Shown: positions 37,623 through 47,484 of the stretch, piece after piece
Layout: each line of letters begins with the position of its first letter
Numbering within the stretch: position 1 is the first letter of the stretch
Made by a program: the position numbers and the translations under genes
The notes under the pieces: generated by a model
Databases searched by the model: none
Seen by the model: the letters and a program-made list of their open reading frames with translations, nothing else
Told to the model about the DNA's origin: nothing
Assembly (NCBI GenBank): GCA_963724395.1
Contig: CAVRUK010000006.1
Coordinates: 2,445,731-2,509,730 of the forward strand
DNA: 64,000 bases
Reading direction: 5' to 3'
DNA from: an uncultured delta proteobacterium
GTDB taxonomy: Bacteria > Desulfobacterota > Binatia > Binatales > Binataceae

Positions 37623-38404
37623 ATCATGAACAGGCCCGCGAACGCCAACAGCAGGAACGGGCCGACGATTATTGCGACCGGCTTGTCGTAGGGTGCGACG
37701 ACCATCCATGCGGGCAGAAATTTTGGCGCCCAATACCCGGTTGAAAGCATATTTCCACAAATCCACGCGCCGCCTTCGCCCGTTATCAGCACCGCGAAAC
37801 CCAACGCGCGAATTCCCACTGGCTTCAGTTTCACTTCCGGCATCACGTCGGTATAAAGCATCCGGCCTTTTTTGACGCGCGGATAAACGGCCGCGAGGAT
37901 GAACGGCGAGAGCGCCAGCGCCGAGACCATATTGTTGAAGATGATCACGTTGCCGAGCATCGCGAACGGCCTGATGACGAGCACGTTGTCCGCCCATCCC
38001 ACCAGGTCGGCGCACAGCACGCTCGCGGCCAGGCATGCGATCACGTACTTGAAGATTGTGAGCGGTGAGCGGAAAACGGGACTCTCGCCGCGCGCGATCA
38101 ATTCCCAGACTTTGTACGGAATCCATCCGTAGGCGAGGTTCGCGAAAAACCCGGCGATGTCGCCCGGCGACACTCCACCGAAAAAATCGCCGATCATATT
38201 TCCGATCGCGGAACCCCACGCGGCCGCCGGACCGAACAGGAACGAGCACACCACTGGAATCGCGTTGGCGGGGCGCAGTTCGGTAACGCCGGGAATCAGC
38301 GGGACGACTTTGAACGGCACCAGCACCGCGGCATAGAGCGCGGCCGAGATCGCGCACAGCACGACCATCCGCGTGTTGCGCCACATCAGGCGAAGTTCGC
38401 TCAT
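37619..38404 (-). CDS. ECF S component (QueT-like)
   Basis: AISAALYAA, ELRPANAIP, LFGP.AAWG.AIGN.IGD. Confidence 0.8.
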   Translation of the reverse strand: MSELRLMWRNTRMVVLCAISAALYAAVLVPFKVVPLIPGVTELRPANAIPVVCSFLFGPAAAWGSAIGNMIGDFFGGVSPGDIAGFFANLAYGWIPYKVWELIARGESPVFRSPLTIFKYVIACLAASVLCADLVGWADNVLVIRPFAMLGNVIIFNNMVSALALSPFILAAVYPRVKKGRMLYTDVMPEVKLKPVGIRALGFAVLITGEGGAWICGNMLSTGYWAPKFLPAWMVVAPYDKPVAIIVGPFLLLAFAGLFMM

Positions 38405-38566
38405 CGCGGCACGCGCGACACGACGCGCACGCGGCACACGCCTGCTATACTGACCAAATGATCGATCGCCACGTTCATCTCGACGCTGACCAGTATCCCG
38501 CCCCTTCCAGCGGATTCAAGCGCGCATCTGTGAAATCTGGGCTGGCTGCGGATACAATACGATGAC

Positions 38567-38923
38567 ATGCCGATCTACGAATATCGCTGCGCGAAGTGCC
38601 GGCGCACGACCAGCGTACTGACCACGCGCGTGAGTGAAAAGGTCGAGGCCGTCTGCACCCATTGCGGCGGAAAGAAAATGAGCCGCCTGATGTCGCGGTT
38701 CGCGATGCCGCGCAGCGAGGAATCGCGGATGGAGTCGCTCGCCGATCCCTCGAAGCTCGGCAACATCGACGAGAACGATCCCAAAAGCGTCGCGCGCATG
38801 ATGAAGCGGATGGGCCAGGAGATGGGCGACGAGTTCAACGGCCCGGAGTTCGACGAAGCAGTCGAAGAATTGGAAAGCACCGGCGACTTGGGCGATGACG
38901 GCTCGGCCGACGACGATATCTAG
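38567..38923 (+). CDS. FmdB-family zinc-ribbon protein
   Basis: MPIYEYRCAKC...CTHCG...RLMS, acidic tail. Confidence 0.88.
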   Translation: MPIYEYRCAKCRRTTSVLTTRVSEKVEAVCTHCGGKKMSRLMSRFAMPRSEESRMESLADPSKLGNIDENDPKSVARMMKRMGQEMGDEFNGPEFDEAVEELESTGDLGDDGSADDDI

Positions 38924-38966
38924 CGCCTTCGTTCCCCTCCCCTCTGATGATACTCGCGCGTTTGTT

Positions 38967-39001
38967 CCCCTTCCCACTATGGGAAGGGGTTAGGGGTTAG
39001 G
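38967..39001. repeat. REP-like hairpin between convergent genes
   Basis: CCCCTTCCCA-CTA-TGGGAAGGGG-TTAGGGGTTAGG. Confidence 0.6.
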
Positions 39002-39623
39002 TTGGCCGAGAATCAATCCACGCAGTACGTGTCATGACGAAGCCGTCGCGCTCCGATGCGGCGGCGCTCCCCGCGACCTCGAAACCCAGCCCGGATAGAT
39101 ATCCCGCCACATCGATCGGAGATTCGCGTTTCGATCTGCTGCCGTAATTGCTCACGATCAGTCGTCCCCCGCGCGCGACCGCCGAGTCGAGGACCCGGCC
39201 AAGGTATTCGCGATGCCGCAACGGCGCCGACTCCAGCAGCAGATGTACATAGTCGTAGCGGCGCGGCGGCCTCCACCTGAACCCGTTTGCGGAAGTGAAG
39301 TTCGACGCGTACGCGGGCATTCGATTGCGTGCAAGATCGATGAGCTCGGGCACCAGGTCGATTCCGTGCGGCTCGATCACGACTCCGCGCTCAATCGCCC
39401 ACGCGATTAGGCATTCGAGCAGCAGACCATTGGCGCATCCGATGTCGAGGAACGCCCCGCTGCGCTCGACGGCGCTCAGAATCACTTCGCGCGCAAGACG
39501 CCATCTCTCTGGAGTGCTGCCCCATCCCGACTGACGCCACGGATTGTCCGACGCGAGATACCATCGCTTGAAATCGCGACGCATCGAGTCGAACCATTCG
39601 TCGATTTGATCGTCCTCGTTCAT
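38997..39623 (-). CDS. Class I SAM-dependent methyltransferase
   Basis: FLDIGCANG, GIDL, GGRLIV. Confidence 0.85.
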   Translation of the reverse strand: MNEDDQIDEWFDSMRRDFKRWYLASDNPWRQSGWGSTPERWRLAREVILSAVERSGAFLDIGCANGLLLECLIAWAIERGVVIEPHGIDLVPELIDLARNRMPAYASNFTSANGFRWRPPRRYDYVHLLLESAPLRHREYLGRVLDSAVARGGRLIVSNYGSRSKRESPIDVAGYLSGLGFEVAGSAAASERDGFVMTRTAWIDSRPT

Positions 39624-39634
39624 GCCCGCGGCCG

Positions 39635-40126
39635 TTAATCAGCTTCGAGCATGACAATCGCCGCCGCCGCCATGCCTTCGCCGCGGCCGAGCGCGCCGAG
39701 GCCCTCGGGGCTCGACGCTTTCACGTTGACGCGCGACTGATCGGCGCTGACGCCGAGTGCCGCGGCGAGCCTCTCACGCATCGCGTCGAGATGCGGCTTC
39801 AGCTTCGGCGCCTCGGCGAAAATCGTCAGGTCGGCGTTGCCGAGCCGCCATCCTTTATCGCTCGCGAGCTTCCATACGGCGGCCAGCAGCGCGATCGAGT
39901 CGGCGTTCTTGTACTTAGGGTCGTTGTCGGGAAAATGCCGGCCGAGATCGCCCGCGCCGATCGCGCCGAGGATCGCGTTGGCCAGCGCATGCGCCGCGAC
40001 ATCGGCATCGGAATGGCCGCGAAGTCCCTTGTCGTGCTTGATCTCGACGCCGCCCAGCACGAGCCGGCGCCCCGTTTCGAGCGGATGAAAATCGAATCCG
40101 TTGCCTACGCGAAAACGCGTCGCCAT
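39635..40126 (-). CDS. ispF: 2-C-methyl-D-erythritol 2,4-cyclodiphosphate synthase
   Basis: RVGNGFDFH, GHSDADV..HA, GDLG.HFPD, VNVKA. Confidence 0.95.
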   Translation of the reverse strand: MATRFRVGNGFDFHPLETGRRLVLGGVEIKHDKGLRGHSDADVAAHALANAILGAIGAGDLGRHFPDNDPKYKNADSIALLAAVWKLASDKGWRLGNADLTIFAEAPKLKPHLDAMRERLAAALGVSADQSRVNVKASSPEGLGALGRGEGMAAAAIVMLEAD

Positions 40127-40247
40127 TGCTGTAACCCTCGCGCGCGGAGCCCGGCGAGCGCATGATTTGCGCTGCGCCCGACTGCGTTGACATCCGCTAC
40201 TTCAGCCGCCAAGCTTTTGCTCATCGCACTCAGGAGGATCGCCCGCG

Positions 40248-40538
40248 ATGCCCGCATTCGTTAAGAGCCCGAAATTCATCATAGGCACAATCGTGGTCCT
40301 GTGGGTGGCGTACATCATTTACGCAAACTTTCAGATCGACATGGTCACGTTCTACCTGCTGCCGTTCAACATGTTGAAGCTGCAACTCAGGCTCTCGGCA
40401 GTACTAATTGGCGCCGCGATTTTCGGCTCAGTAGCGACGATCATCATTCACTGGTTATGGGTCCGGCCCTCGAACAGTTCATCGGCCGCGACCGCGCCCA
40501 CGTCGCCATCGAGTCCCAGGAGCAGCACGGTCGCCTGA
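40248..40538 (+). CDS. Small two-TM membrane protein (LapA-like)
   Basis: AGGAGG RBS; two hydrophobic helices separated by YAN..V.FY. Confidence 0.6.
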   Translation: MPAFVKSPKFIIGTIVVLWVAYIIYANFQIDMVTFYLLPFNMLKLQLRLSAVLIGAAIFGSVATIIIHWLWVRPSNSSSAATAPTSPSSPRSSTVA

Positions 40539-41719
40539 GCGCCCGCCTTCAAGAGCTTTTCAGTTGACGGACCGATCAGCAGGCCGTCGGCGCGCGACAG
40601 CGAACTTAAAATTCCCGAACCCTGCCCGCCGGTCGGAGTCGCGAGCCAGCCGTCTTCGGCATCGCGCTCGAGTTTCACTCGGACGAACTCGGTGAGGTCT
40701 TTTGAAATTTTTACATCGACCGCGCATCGCGCCAGCACACGCGGCAGACCCACGCGCCGCATCCCCCTCATCTTGAGGATCGCCGGGCGCGCGTACAGGT
40801 AGAAGCAGACGAGCGTCGAGACGGGATTCCCCGGCAGGCCGAAGATCGGCCGGTAGCCGACGGTGCCGAATTTCAGCGGACGCCCCGGCTTTTGCGCGAC
40901 GCCATGAAAAAGCTGGCGCATCCCAAGTTCGTCGAGCGCGCCCGTCACGTGATCGAACTGGCCCACCGACACGCCACCGGTCGACAGCACCGCGTCGAAG
41001 GTCATCGCCTCGGCAAGACGCTCGCGAATCTCGCGCGCGTCGTCGCGCGCCACTTTGAGGATGACGGCCTCGGCGCCGGCTTCGCGAACCGCGCCGGCCA
41101 GCGCGTAGGCGCTCGAATTGACGATCTGCGCGCCAGTCGGCACCTGGTCGACATCCACGAGTTCGTCGCCGGTGGCGACAATCGCGACGCGTGGGCGCCG
41201 GATGACCTCGACCATCGAGCGATTCACCGACGCCAGCATCCCGAGGTCGGCCGGCCTGAGCGTCTTGCCTGCGGACATCACAAGCTCGCCGAGGCGCAAA
41301 TCCTCGCCGCGCGGCCGGATGAACGCGCCTTTCTCGGCGGCGACCAGAAATTCGACTACGTCGCCGGTGCCGCGCGTCCGTTCGACCGGAACGATCGCGT
41401 CCGCACCCTCTGCCATCGGCGCGCCGGTCATTGTGCGCACCGCCTCGCCCGCGCTCACGCGGCGGGTCGGCATCTTGCCGGCGCCGACCGTCTCGACGAC
41501 GGCCAGCTTGACCGGGCTCGCCTCGGAAGCCTTGCCAAGATCGGCGGCGCGCACGGCGTAACCGTCCATCGCGGAGTTATCGAAGCCCGGGATGTCGCGT
41601 GAAGATCTGATATCCTCCGCGAGCACGCGGCCAAGCGCCTCGACGATTGGAACGCGCTCGATTCCGAGCGGCGCCACGTTTCCGAGAACGATTCGCAGTG
41701 CATCGTCGGCGCTAATCAT
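40448..41719 (-). CDS. moeA: Molybdopterin molybdotransferase
   Basis: PGFDNSAMDGYA, TGDELV, TGGVSVG, KPG.P, GLPGNP. Confidence 0.95.
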   Translation of the reverse strand: MISADDALRIVLGNVAPLGIERVPIVEALGRVLAEDIRSSRDIPGFDNSAMDGYAVRAADLGKASEASPVKLAVVETVGAGKMPTRRVSAGEAVRTMTGAPMAEGADAIVPVERTRGTGDVVEFLVAAEKGAFIRPRGEDLRLGELVMSAGKTLRPADLGMLASVNRSMVEVIRRPRVAIVATGDELVDVDQVPTGAQIVNSSAYALAGAVREAGAEAVILKVARDDAREIRERLAEAMTFDAVLSTGGVSVGQFDHVTGALDELGMRQLFHGVAQKPGRPLKFGTVGYRPIFGLPGNPVSTLVCFYLYARPAILKMRGMRRVGLPRVLARCAVDVKISKDLTEFVRVKLERDAEDGWLATPTGGQGSGILSSLSRADGLLIGPSTEKLLKAGAQATVLLLGLDGDVGAVAADELFEGRTHNQ

Positions 41720-41820
41720 GAGGAAAAAAGGATACGCGGCTTTCGGTTGCGATTGAACCGGCGGCACCGGCGATGAGCGGCTCTCAGTGCGAAGCGGAAA
41801 AAGCGGAATCGAGCCGAAAC

Positions 41821-42801
41821 TTAGAATTCGACGTGTTCGGCGCTCGCGTGTGAATCCACCGGCAGGCGGACGCTGTACGAACTCTCATACGGAGGAACGA
41901 CGTCGCGCAGCAGGGCCGGGTTGAGTTCGCGCAGACGGTCGAGCGTCGTTCCATGATCGAGGGCGACCCGGGTGAGCGGAGTGCCGCCTCGAACCGTCAG
42001 CATCTGGTAAGCCGGCGGCTGGTCGAGCTTGATGGTGGTGATTCCGTAGCTGTTCGCATGACGCGCGATATACGCGACCGCCATGAACCGTCCCAGCAGC
42101 CCGCGGGTTCGCCGCGGCAGCCGATTACCGAACCTCTCCATCCGGGGACCGCGGAGCGACCAGTAACGGTTGATCGCCCTGTCCCCGTTGTTCCACGCCA
42201 CGAGCGTCATCGGCCAGTCGTCGCCCGCTTCGTCATGCAGTGTGGCCAGGTACTCTGCCGCCGCCTTGGTCGACATCACGGGGTCGCGGCGCTCATCTAC
42301 GTAATCGTCTATATGGAGACCGAAGCGCCTGGCAGTATCTGAATTGAACTGCCACGGACCCCTGCCTTGCTTGGAAAACTCGCTTTCGGCGAAAGCCAGG
42401 TAGACAAGGTCGTCGGGCAGGCCATAGCTCCGCAGCACGCGGACCATGTCAGGCAGGTAGGGATGACTGCGGTCGAAGGTATCCTGTAGCTGGTCGGGCG
42501 AACTCATGAAATCGGAGACATAGCGACGTACAGCTTGATTAAGGAGAATCGGGAAAGGTGGAACCGGCCGCGGCAGCGGTAGCACATACGACGACGACGG
42601 AATCGGCTTAGCGCCGGCTTCCGCCGGAGTCTCGAGCTCGAAGCCTGTGCTTTGCCCGTCCAAGCTTGGCAGCGCTGCCGCTGACCGAGCATCGGAGCCG
42701 TCAAAATCTTCAGCAAGTGCACGAGTGGATGCCCATCCGGCGACAATCAGGGCCGCCATCAGCGCTACAAGCACTCGATAGATATACTTCGGTTTCCGCA
42801 T
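41821..42801 (-). CDS. MltD-like lytic transglycosylase with LysM-like C-terminus
   Basis: Signal peptide; LPDDLVYLAFAES, GPWQF, VDERRDP..ST.AA, LRELNPAL. Confidence 0.88.
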   Translation of the reverse strand: MRKPKYIYRVLVALMAALIVAGWASTRALAEDFDGSDARSAAALPSLDGQSTGFELETPAEAGAKPIPSSSYVLPLPRPVPPFPILLNQAVRRYVSDFMSSPDQLQDTFDRSHPYLPDMVRVLRSYGLPDDLVYLAFAESEFSKQGRGPWQFNSDTARRFGLHIDDYVDERRDPVMSTKAAAEYLATLHDEAGDDWPMTLVAWNNGDRAINRYWSLRGPRMERFGNRLPRRTRGLLGRFMAVAYIARHANSYGITTIKLDQPPAYQMLTVRGGTPLTRVALDHGTTLDRLRELNPALLRDVVPPYESSYSVRLPVDSHASAEHVEF

Positions 42802-43048
42802 TCTCCCCCGAGAAGGTGACCCCAACCGTACCGACCGACTCGACCGGGATCAACCCATCGGGTGGTGGATAAGCTATTAAAAAGTCTAATGTACATCCTT
42901 CTCTTTCTGAATAAATGCTTGCAAATGCTGACGAATCTTGGCGCTGGATGGCGGAAAAATTCGTTACGTGAACTTTAGCCTAGCAGGTTCTTTGTGTTAC
43001 CGTTGGCTACCGTAATCAGTCCCGACGGCGACTGACCGGGGATAAATC

Positions 43049-44149
43049 TTGAATCTCTGGCACGACATTATCGACAGCCTGACCGACGCGATCCTCGTGC
43101 TTTCGCCCGCGATGGAACCCCAGGTCGTCAACCCGGCCGCCGAAACGATGCTCGGGGTTTCCCAGGTGAACGCCGCCACGGTCGCTGACCTCGTGCGCCA
43201 GAACGATTGGTTGGGCCGGATGGTCGGAGCATGCCTCGAAAGCGGTCAGGATCTCGGCGACATGGAGACGGTGCTGACGACCGGGCCTCGCGAGCTGGCC
43301 GTTCGAGTCGAGGTATCCCCACTGCTGAACGCCGAGGGACGCCCCGGCGGCGTCATTATCCTGCTGCATGACCTGTCCCACGAGAAAGGCGCCGCGGAAG
43401 CCGCCGACACCGGCGACCTCAGCCTGCGGTTGTCGCCCGCCGGACTCGCGCACGAGGTCAAGAATCCGCTGACGGGCATCAAGGGAGCGGCCGAGCTGAT
43501 GGCCGGGATGTTCCCCGACGACGCGCGCGCGCAACAGTACTGCAGCGTGATTCTCGACGGCGTCAACCGGATTGCGGCGCTCGTCGAGCAGGTGCTGATG
43601 GTCAGCGGGCCGCAACGCCTGTCGCAGGAGCCGGTCAACATCCATATGGTGCTGCACCAGGCGATGAGGATGGCGGGGCTGTTCCCGCAACCACCCGAGG
43701 GCGTCGTGGTGCTGCAGGATTTCGACCCCAGCCTGCCCGACGTGGTCGGCGATGCGGGCGCGTTGGAACGCACGTTTCTCAACCTGATCAAGAACGCCGC
43801 GGAAGCGATCGGCGAGTCGGGCACCATTCGCCTGCACACAAGAATCGAGCGCGAATTCCGGATGACTGCGGAGGGCCGTCGCCGCCAATTCCTGCGCGTC
43901 GAGATCAGCGACAGCGGCGTCGGCATCCCGGAGGACCAGCTGTCGCAACTCTTCACCCCCTTCTTTACAACGAAACCCGCCGGCACCGGCCTAGGCCTCG
44001 TGCTATGCCAACGAATAATCGCCCTCCACGGCGGCCGCCTATGGGCCCAGCGCGGCGGCGTCGACCGCGCCAAGGGCACAGCATCCTCCCACGGCATGAC
44101 CTTCAAAGTAACGCTCCCAATGATGCCCCCAGAAAAACACCCGCAATAA
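43049..44149 (+). CDS. NtrB-like PAS histidine kinase
   Basis: PAS (VNPAAE), AHEVKNPL, DPSLPD, NLIKNA, DSGVGI, GTGLGL. Confidence 0.9.
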   Translation: MNLWHDIIDSLTDAILVLSPAMEPQVVNPAAETMLGVSQVNAATVADLVRQNDWLGRMVGACLESGQDLGDMETVLTTGPRELAVRVEVSPLLNAEGRPGGVIILLHDLSHEKGAAEAADTGDLSLRLSPAGLAHEVKNPLTGIKGAAELMAGMFPDDARAQQYCSVILDGVNRIAALVEQVLMVSGPQRLSQEPVNIHMVLHQAMRMAGLFPQPPEGVVVLQDFDPSLPDVVGDAGALERTFLNLIKNAAEAIGESGTIRLHTRIEREFRMTAEGRRRQFLRVEISDSGVGIPEDQLSQLFTPFFTTKPAGTGLGLVLCQRIIALHGGRLWAQRGGVDRAKGTASSHGMTFKVTLPMMPPEKHPQ

Positions 44150-44225
44150 GAAATCCGGGTCGCTTCGCTGATGCTTGCGTTATCGCAGGCACCGCCCTAA
44201 ACAGGCATAGCAGGAGGTAAACCCC

Positions 44226-44732
44226 ATGCACACGTCGACTAGCAGACGTCTGGTACTCCTGGCTGAGAAGCTCCTGGTTCTCGTGTTGATGCTGCTCACG
44301 CCCGCGGTGGCTTACGCTGCCGGTCCTGCTGGACCTCATGGGCCGCCCCCGCCTCCCACGCCGCCGCAACCATGCATCTCCACCGGATTAATCACTTTCG
44401 CTCCGCTCGTATTTTGCACAGTCCGAAACGTTGGAGTCGTCACCCATAACGTGACCATGGATGTGCGTGATGAGGACAACCTCAGCGCGGGCTTTTCAGG
44501 CAATGCGACCCCAAGCCTGCAGCCGGGGACCAGCAATTTCATTGCGGCGTCGAGTATCTCGTCTGAACAGGCATGCGTCGTCACTACTGACGAAGGAACG
44601 CCCGCCGCGCTCGCGGATCTGTCGGTGGTGCTGTATTACAGCAGTGACGATCAAGGCAATCCGGGGTCCGAGACCGCCGGCCAGATCTTCCAGAAGTGTG
44701 CACCGTCGAATGGCGAGGAAATATTTCCGTAG
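44226..44732 (+). CDS. Exported hypothetical protein with poly-Pro N-terminus
   Basis: AGGAGG RBS, signal peptide ending AYA, PPPPPTPP, 4 Cys. Confidence 0.65.
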   Translation: MHTSTSRRLVLLAEKLLVLVLMLLTPAVAYAAGPAGPHGPPPPPTPPQPCISTGLITFAPLVFCTVRNVGVVTHNVTMDVRDEDNLSAGFSGNATPSLQPGTSNFIAASSISSEQACVVTTDEGTPAALADLSVVLYYSSDDQGNPGSETAGQIFQKCAPSNGEEIFP

Positions 44733-45325
44733 TGCGCGAATCGAAGAGTGCCCGCCGCCACATATTGTCTTCCTGACCGAATCAAGCAGCGCGTGCGGCC
44801 CATCTTGTCAGCCTGACCGAAGCGAGCAACGCGAGCGCAGTTGGCTTCTGGCCTCCGGACAGCTTCGCGCAGCGAAGCCGGTACCGGCTTTGAATCGCCT
44901 CGTCAGAGCGTCCACCGGATCCTTCCCGTCTCTCTTTCCCCTCTACCTGCGGGGGAGACGATGAAGGGGAGGATCCTCGCGCAACGCGTGGGGGGGTGAA
45001 CTTTTCAGCCTTACGCCGGACCGCCAACCGTGCTTTGATCACGTAATGGTCAACACCCACGATGCCGCAAGGTCGCGCACTCGCCCGAAAAGCCGCGCCG
45101 ACTCGCCGTCGGCGGTCGCGATGCCATCGCTCGCGCGAAATACTAATTTTGACGGAACGAAACTACCCTTGGTAGTGCAGGGGTCCCCAAACCACTACGG
45201 AATGTATAGTTGCCGCGCGACCACTCGTAACATCGCCGTAATGCTTATATTTTGGGCGGCCTTCGGGACCGTTGGCGACAAGATCGAACTTACTGTTACG
45301 ATTGTTGCCCGTGAGCACCACCACC

Positions 45326-46837
45326 ATGGGCGTTAGTAGCGCATCGAGCCAAAACTTCGCTGAACGTCTCAAGGAACCGGGCATCGGCGCCGCGATTCTG
45401 ATTGCCGACGACGATCCCGCGATTCGCCTCGTCTTGAGGCATCGCCTCGAGGCCGACGGCTATCGCGTCGACGAGGCGGTCGACAGCGCCGCCGCGCTCG
45501 CTGCGCTGCGCACCAATCGCTTCGACGTCGCCCTGCTCGATATCATCATGCCCGGCAACGGCGGACTCGACGTGCTCTCAGCCGCGCACAGCGAGACCGT
45601 CCGCACGCTCATCATCGTGATCACCGCCGCGAGCACGATGAACAACGCCGTCGAGGCGATGAAGCGCGGCGCTCACGACTACCTGACCAAGCCGTTCGCC
45701 AATCTCGATTTGGTCGCGGCCGCCGTCAAGCGCGCGGTGGAAGTCGGCGCGCAGGCGGCGGATCTCAACCGCCTCAAGGACGAGGTCAATCGCCAGTTGG
45801 TCGGCGGCGAGATAATCGGCCGCAGTGCCGCGATGCAGGAAGTTTACAAGCTCATCGGACGCGTCGTCACCAACGACGCGACCGTTTTGCTCAGCGGCGA
45901 GAGCGGCACCGGCAAGGAACTGGTCGCGCGCGCGATTCATTTCAAATCGGCGCGCTGGCGCTCGCCGTTCGTCGCCGTCAACTGCTCCGCTATCCCGCAC
46001 GGCCTGCTCGAGAGCGAGCTGTTCGGGCACGAACGCGGCTCCTTCACCGGTGCGTCCGAGCGGCGCGCCGGCAAGTTCGAGATGGCCGACACCGGCACAA
46101 TCTTCCTCGACGAAATCGGCGACCTGCCAATCGAGTTGCAGCCCAAGCTGCTGCGCGTTCTGCAGGAGCGCGAGTTCAACCGCGTCGGCAGCGTCGAGAC
46201 GCTCAAGCTCAAGGCGCGCGTGATAGCTGCCACCAACCAGAACCTCGAGACCCTGGTTGCCGCACGCAAATTCCGCGAGGACCTGTATTTTCGCCTCCGC
46301 GTGATTCCGATCCAGATGCCGGCGCTGCGCGAGCGGCGCGAGGATATCGGCGAGCTGACCGACTATTTCGTCTCCAAGGCCGTGCAGGAGATGGGCGCGC
46401 GCGCCGCCACTATCAGCCCCGAAGCTCGCAACAAGCTGGAGTCCGCCGAATGGCCGGGCAACGTGCGCGAGCTCGAAAATGCCGTGATGCGCGCGGCGCT
46501 GCTCGCGCCGGGCAATACGATTCGCGCCGGAGACGTCGAGCTCACGCGTCCTGGCCCCGCTGGCGGCGTGGCAACCGCGTCGGCCGACGGCGCTTCGCTC
46601 GGCGATATCATCTCGGGGCGCATCGCGGGATGGTTCGACTCGCCGGGCGGCGAGGAACCGCGCGACCTCTACCATCGGCTGGTCGCGGAAATCGAGCGGC
46701 CGCTGGTCGAGCTCGCGCTCAAGCGCGCCGGCGGCAACCAGGTGCGGGCGGCGCGGATGCTGGGGCTCAATCGCAACACGCTGCGCAAAAAGATCACCGA
46801 CCACAAGATCGTATTGACCAAGTTTCCCGCCGGATGA
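45326..46837 (+). CDS. NtrC-like sigma54-dependent response regulator
   Basis: REC (ADDD, LDIIMP), GESGTGKE, ELFGHERGSFTGA, WPGNVRELEN, Fis-type HTH GNQVRAA..LGLNRNTLRKK. Confidence 0.93.
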   Translation: MGVSSASSQNFAERLKEPGIGAAILIADDDPAIRLVLRHRLEADGYRVDEAVDSAAALAALRTNRFDVALLDIIMPGNGGLDVLSAAHSETVRTLIIVITAASTMNNAVEAMKRGAHDYLTKPFANLDLVAAAVKRAVEVGAQAADLNRLKDEVNRQLVGGEIIGRSAAMQEVYKLIGRVVTNDATVLLSGESGTGKELVARAIHFKSARWRSPFVAVNCSAIPHGLLESELFGHERGSFTGASERRAGKFEMADTGTIFLDEIGDLPIELQPKLLRVLQEREFNRVGSVETLKLKARVIAATNQNLETLVAARKFREDLYFRLRVIPIQMPALRERREDIGELTDYFVSKAVQEMGARAATISPEARNKLESAEWPGNVRELENAVMRAALLAPGNTIRAGDVELTRPGPAGGVATASADGASLGDIISGRIAGWFDSPGGEEPRDLYHRLVAEIERPLVELALKRAGGNQVRAARMLGLNRNTLRKKITDHKIVLTKFPAG

Positions 46838-47451
46838 CGCGGCTGCCATCGCATTTTTACGCGATGATCGATCAGGCGGGCGGGCACGAGCCCGTCTCGC
46901 TCGCCGAGACCCTGCTCGACGCCGGCGCGCGCATCATGCAGCTGCGCCTCAAGGACGCGCCCGGACGCGATTTTCTGGCCGCAGCGCGCGCTATCGCCGA
47001 GCGGTGCCGCAAGCGCGGCGCGATTCTCATCGTCAACGATCGAGTCGATATCGCGATTCTCGCCGGCGCGCACGGAGTGCATCTCGGGCAGGCCGATCTC
47101 CCGCTCGATGCGGCGCGGCGAATCGCCGGTCCCGCCGTAATGATCGGAATCTCGACCCACAACCTCGAGCAAGCGCGCGCGGCTGAGAACGGCGGCGCGG
47201 ACTACATCGGCTTCGGACCGATGTATCCCGGCGGCCTCAAGAACAACCCCTCCGGGATGGGCCTCGACAGCCTCCGCGCGATCCGCGCCGCCGTGAAGAT
47301 TCCAATCGTAGCAATCGGCGGAATCACAGAAGCTCGCGTGCCAGAGATTCTCGCCGCCGGCGCAGACGCCGCAGCAATCATCACCGACGTAGTGAACGCA
47401 CCAGACATCACCGCCAAAGTCCGCTCGATTCTCGCGCTCGCGCGCAACTGA
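46834..47451 (+). CDS. thiE: Thiamine-phosphate synthase
   Basis: QLRLK, IVNDR.D, GVHLGQ.D, GISTH, ADYIGFGP, AIGGI. Confidence 0.93.
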   Translation: MTRLPSHFYAMIDQAGGHEPVSLAETLLDAGARIMQLRLKDAPGRDFLAAARAIAERCRKRGAILIVNDRVDIAILAGAHGVHLGQADLPLDAARRIAGPAVMIGISTHNLEQARAAENGGADYIGFGPMYPGGLKNNPSGMGLDSLRAIRAAVKIPIVAIGGITEARVPEILAAGADAAAIITDVVNAPDITAKVRSILALARN

Positions 47452-47484
47452 ATGTCTACGCCGTGGCTGGTAGGGGCGCCGGGA

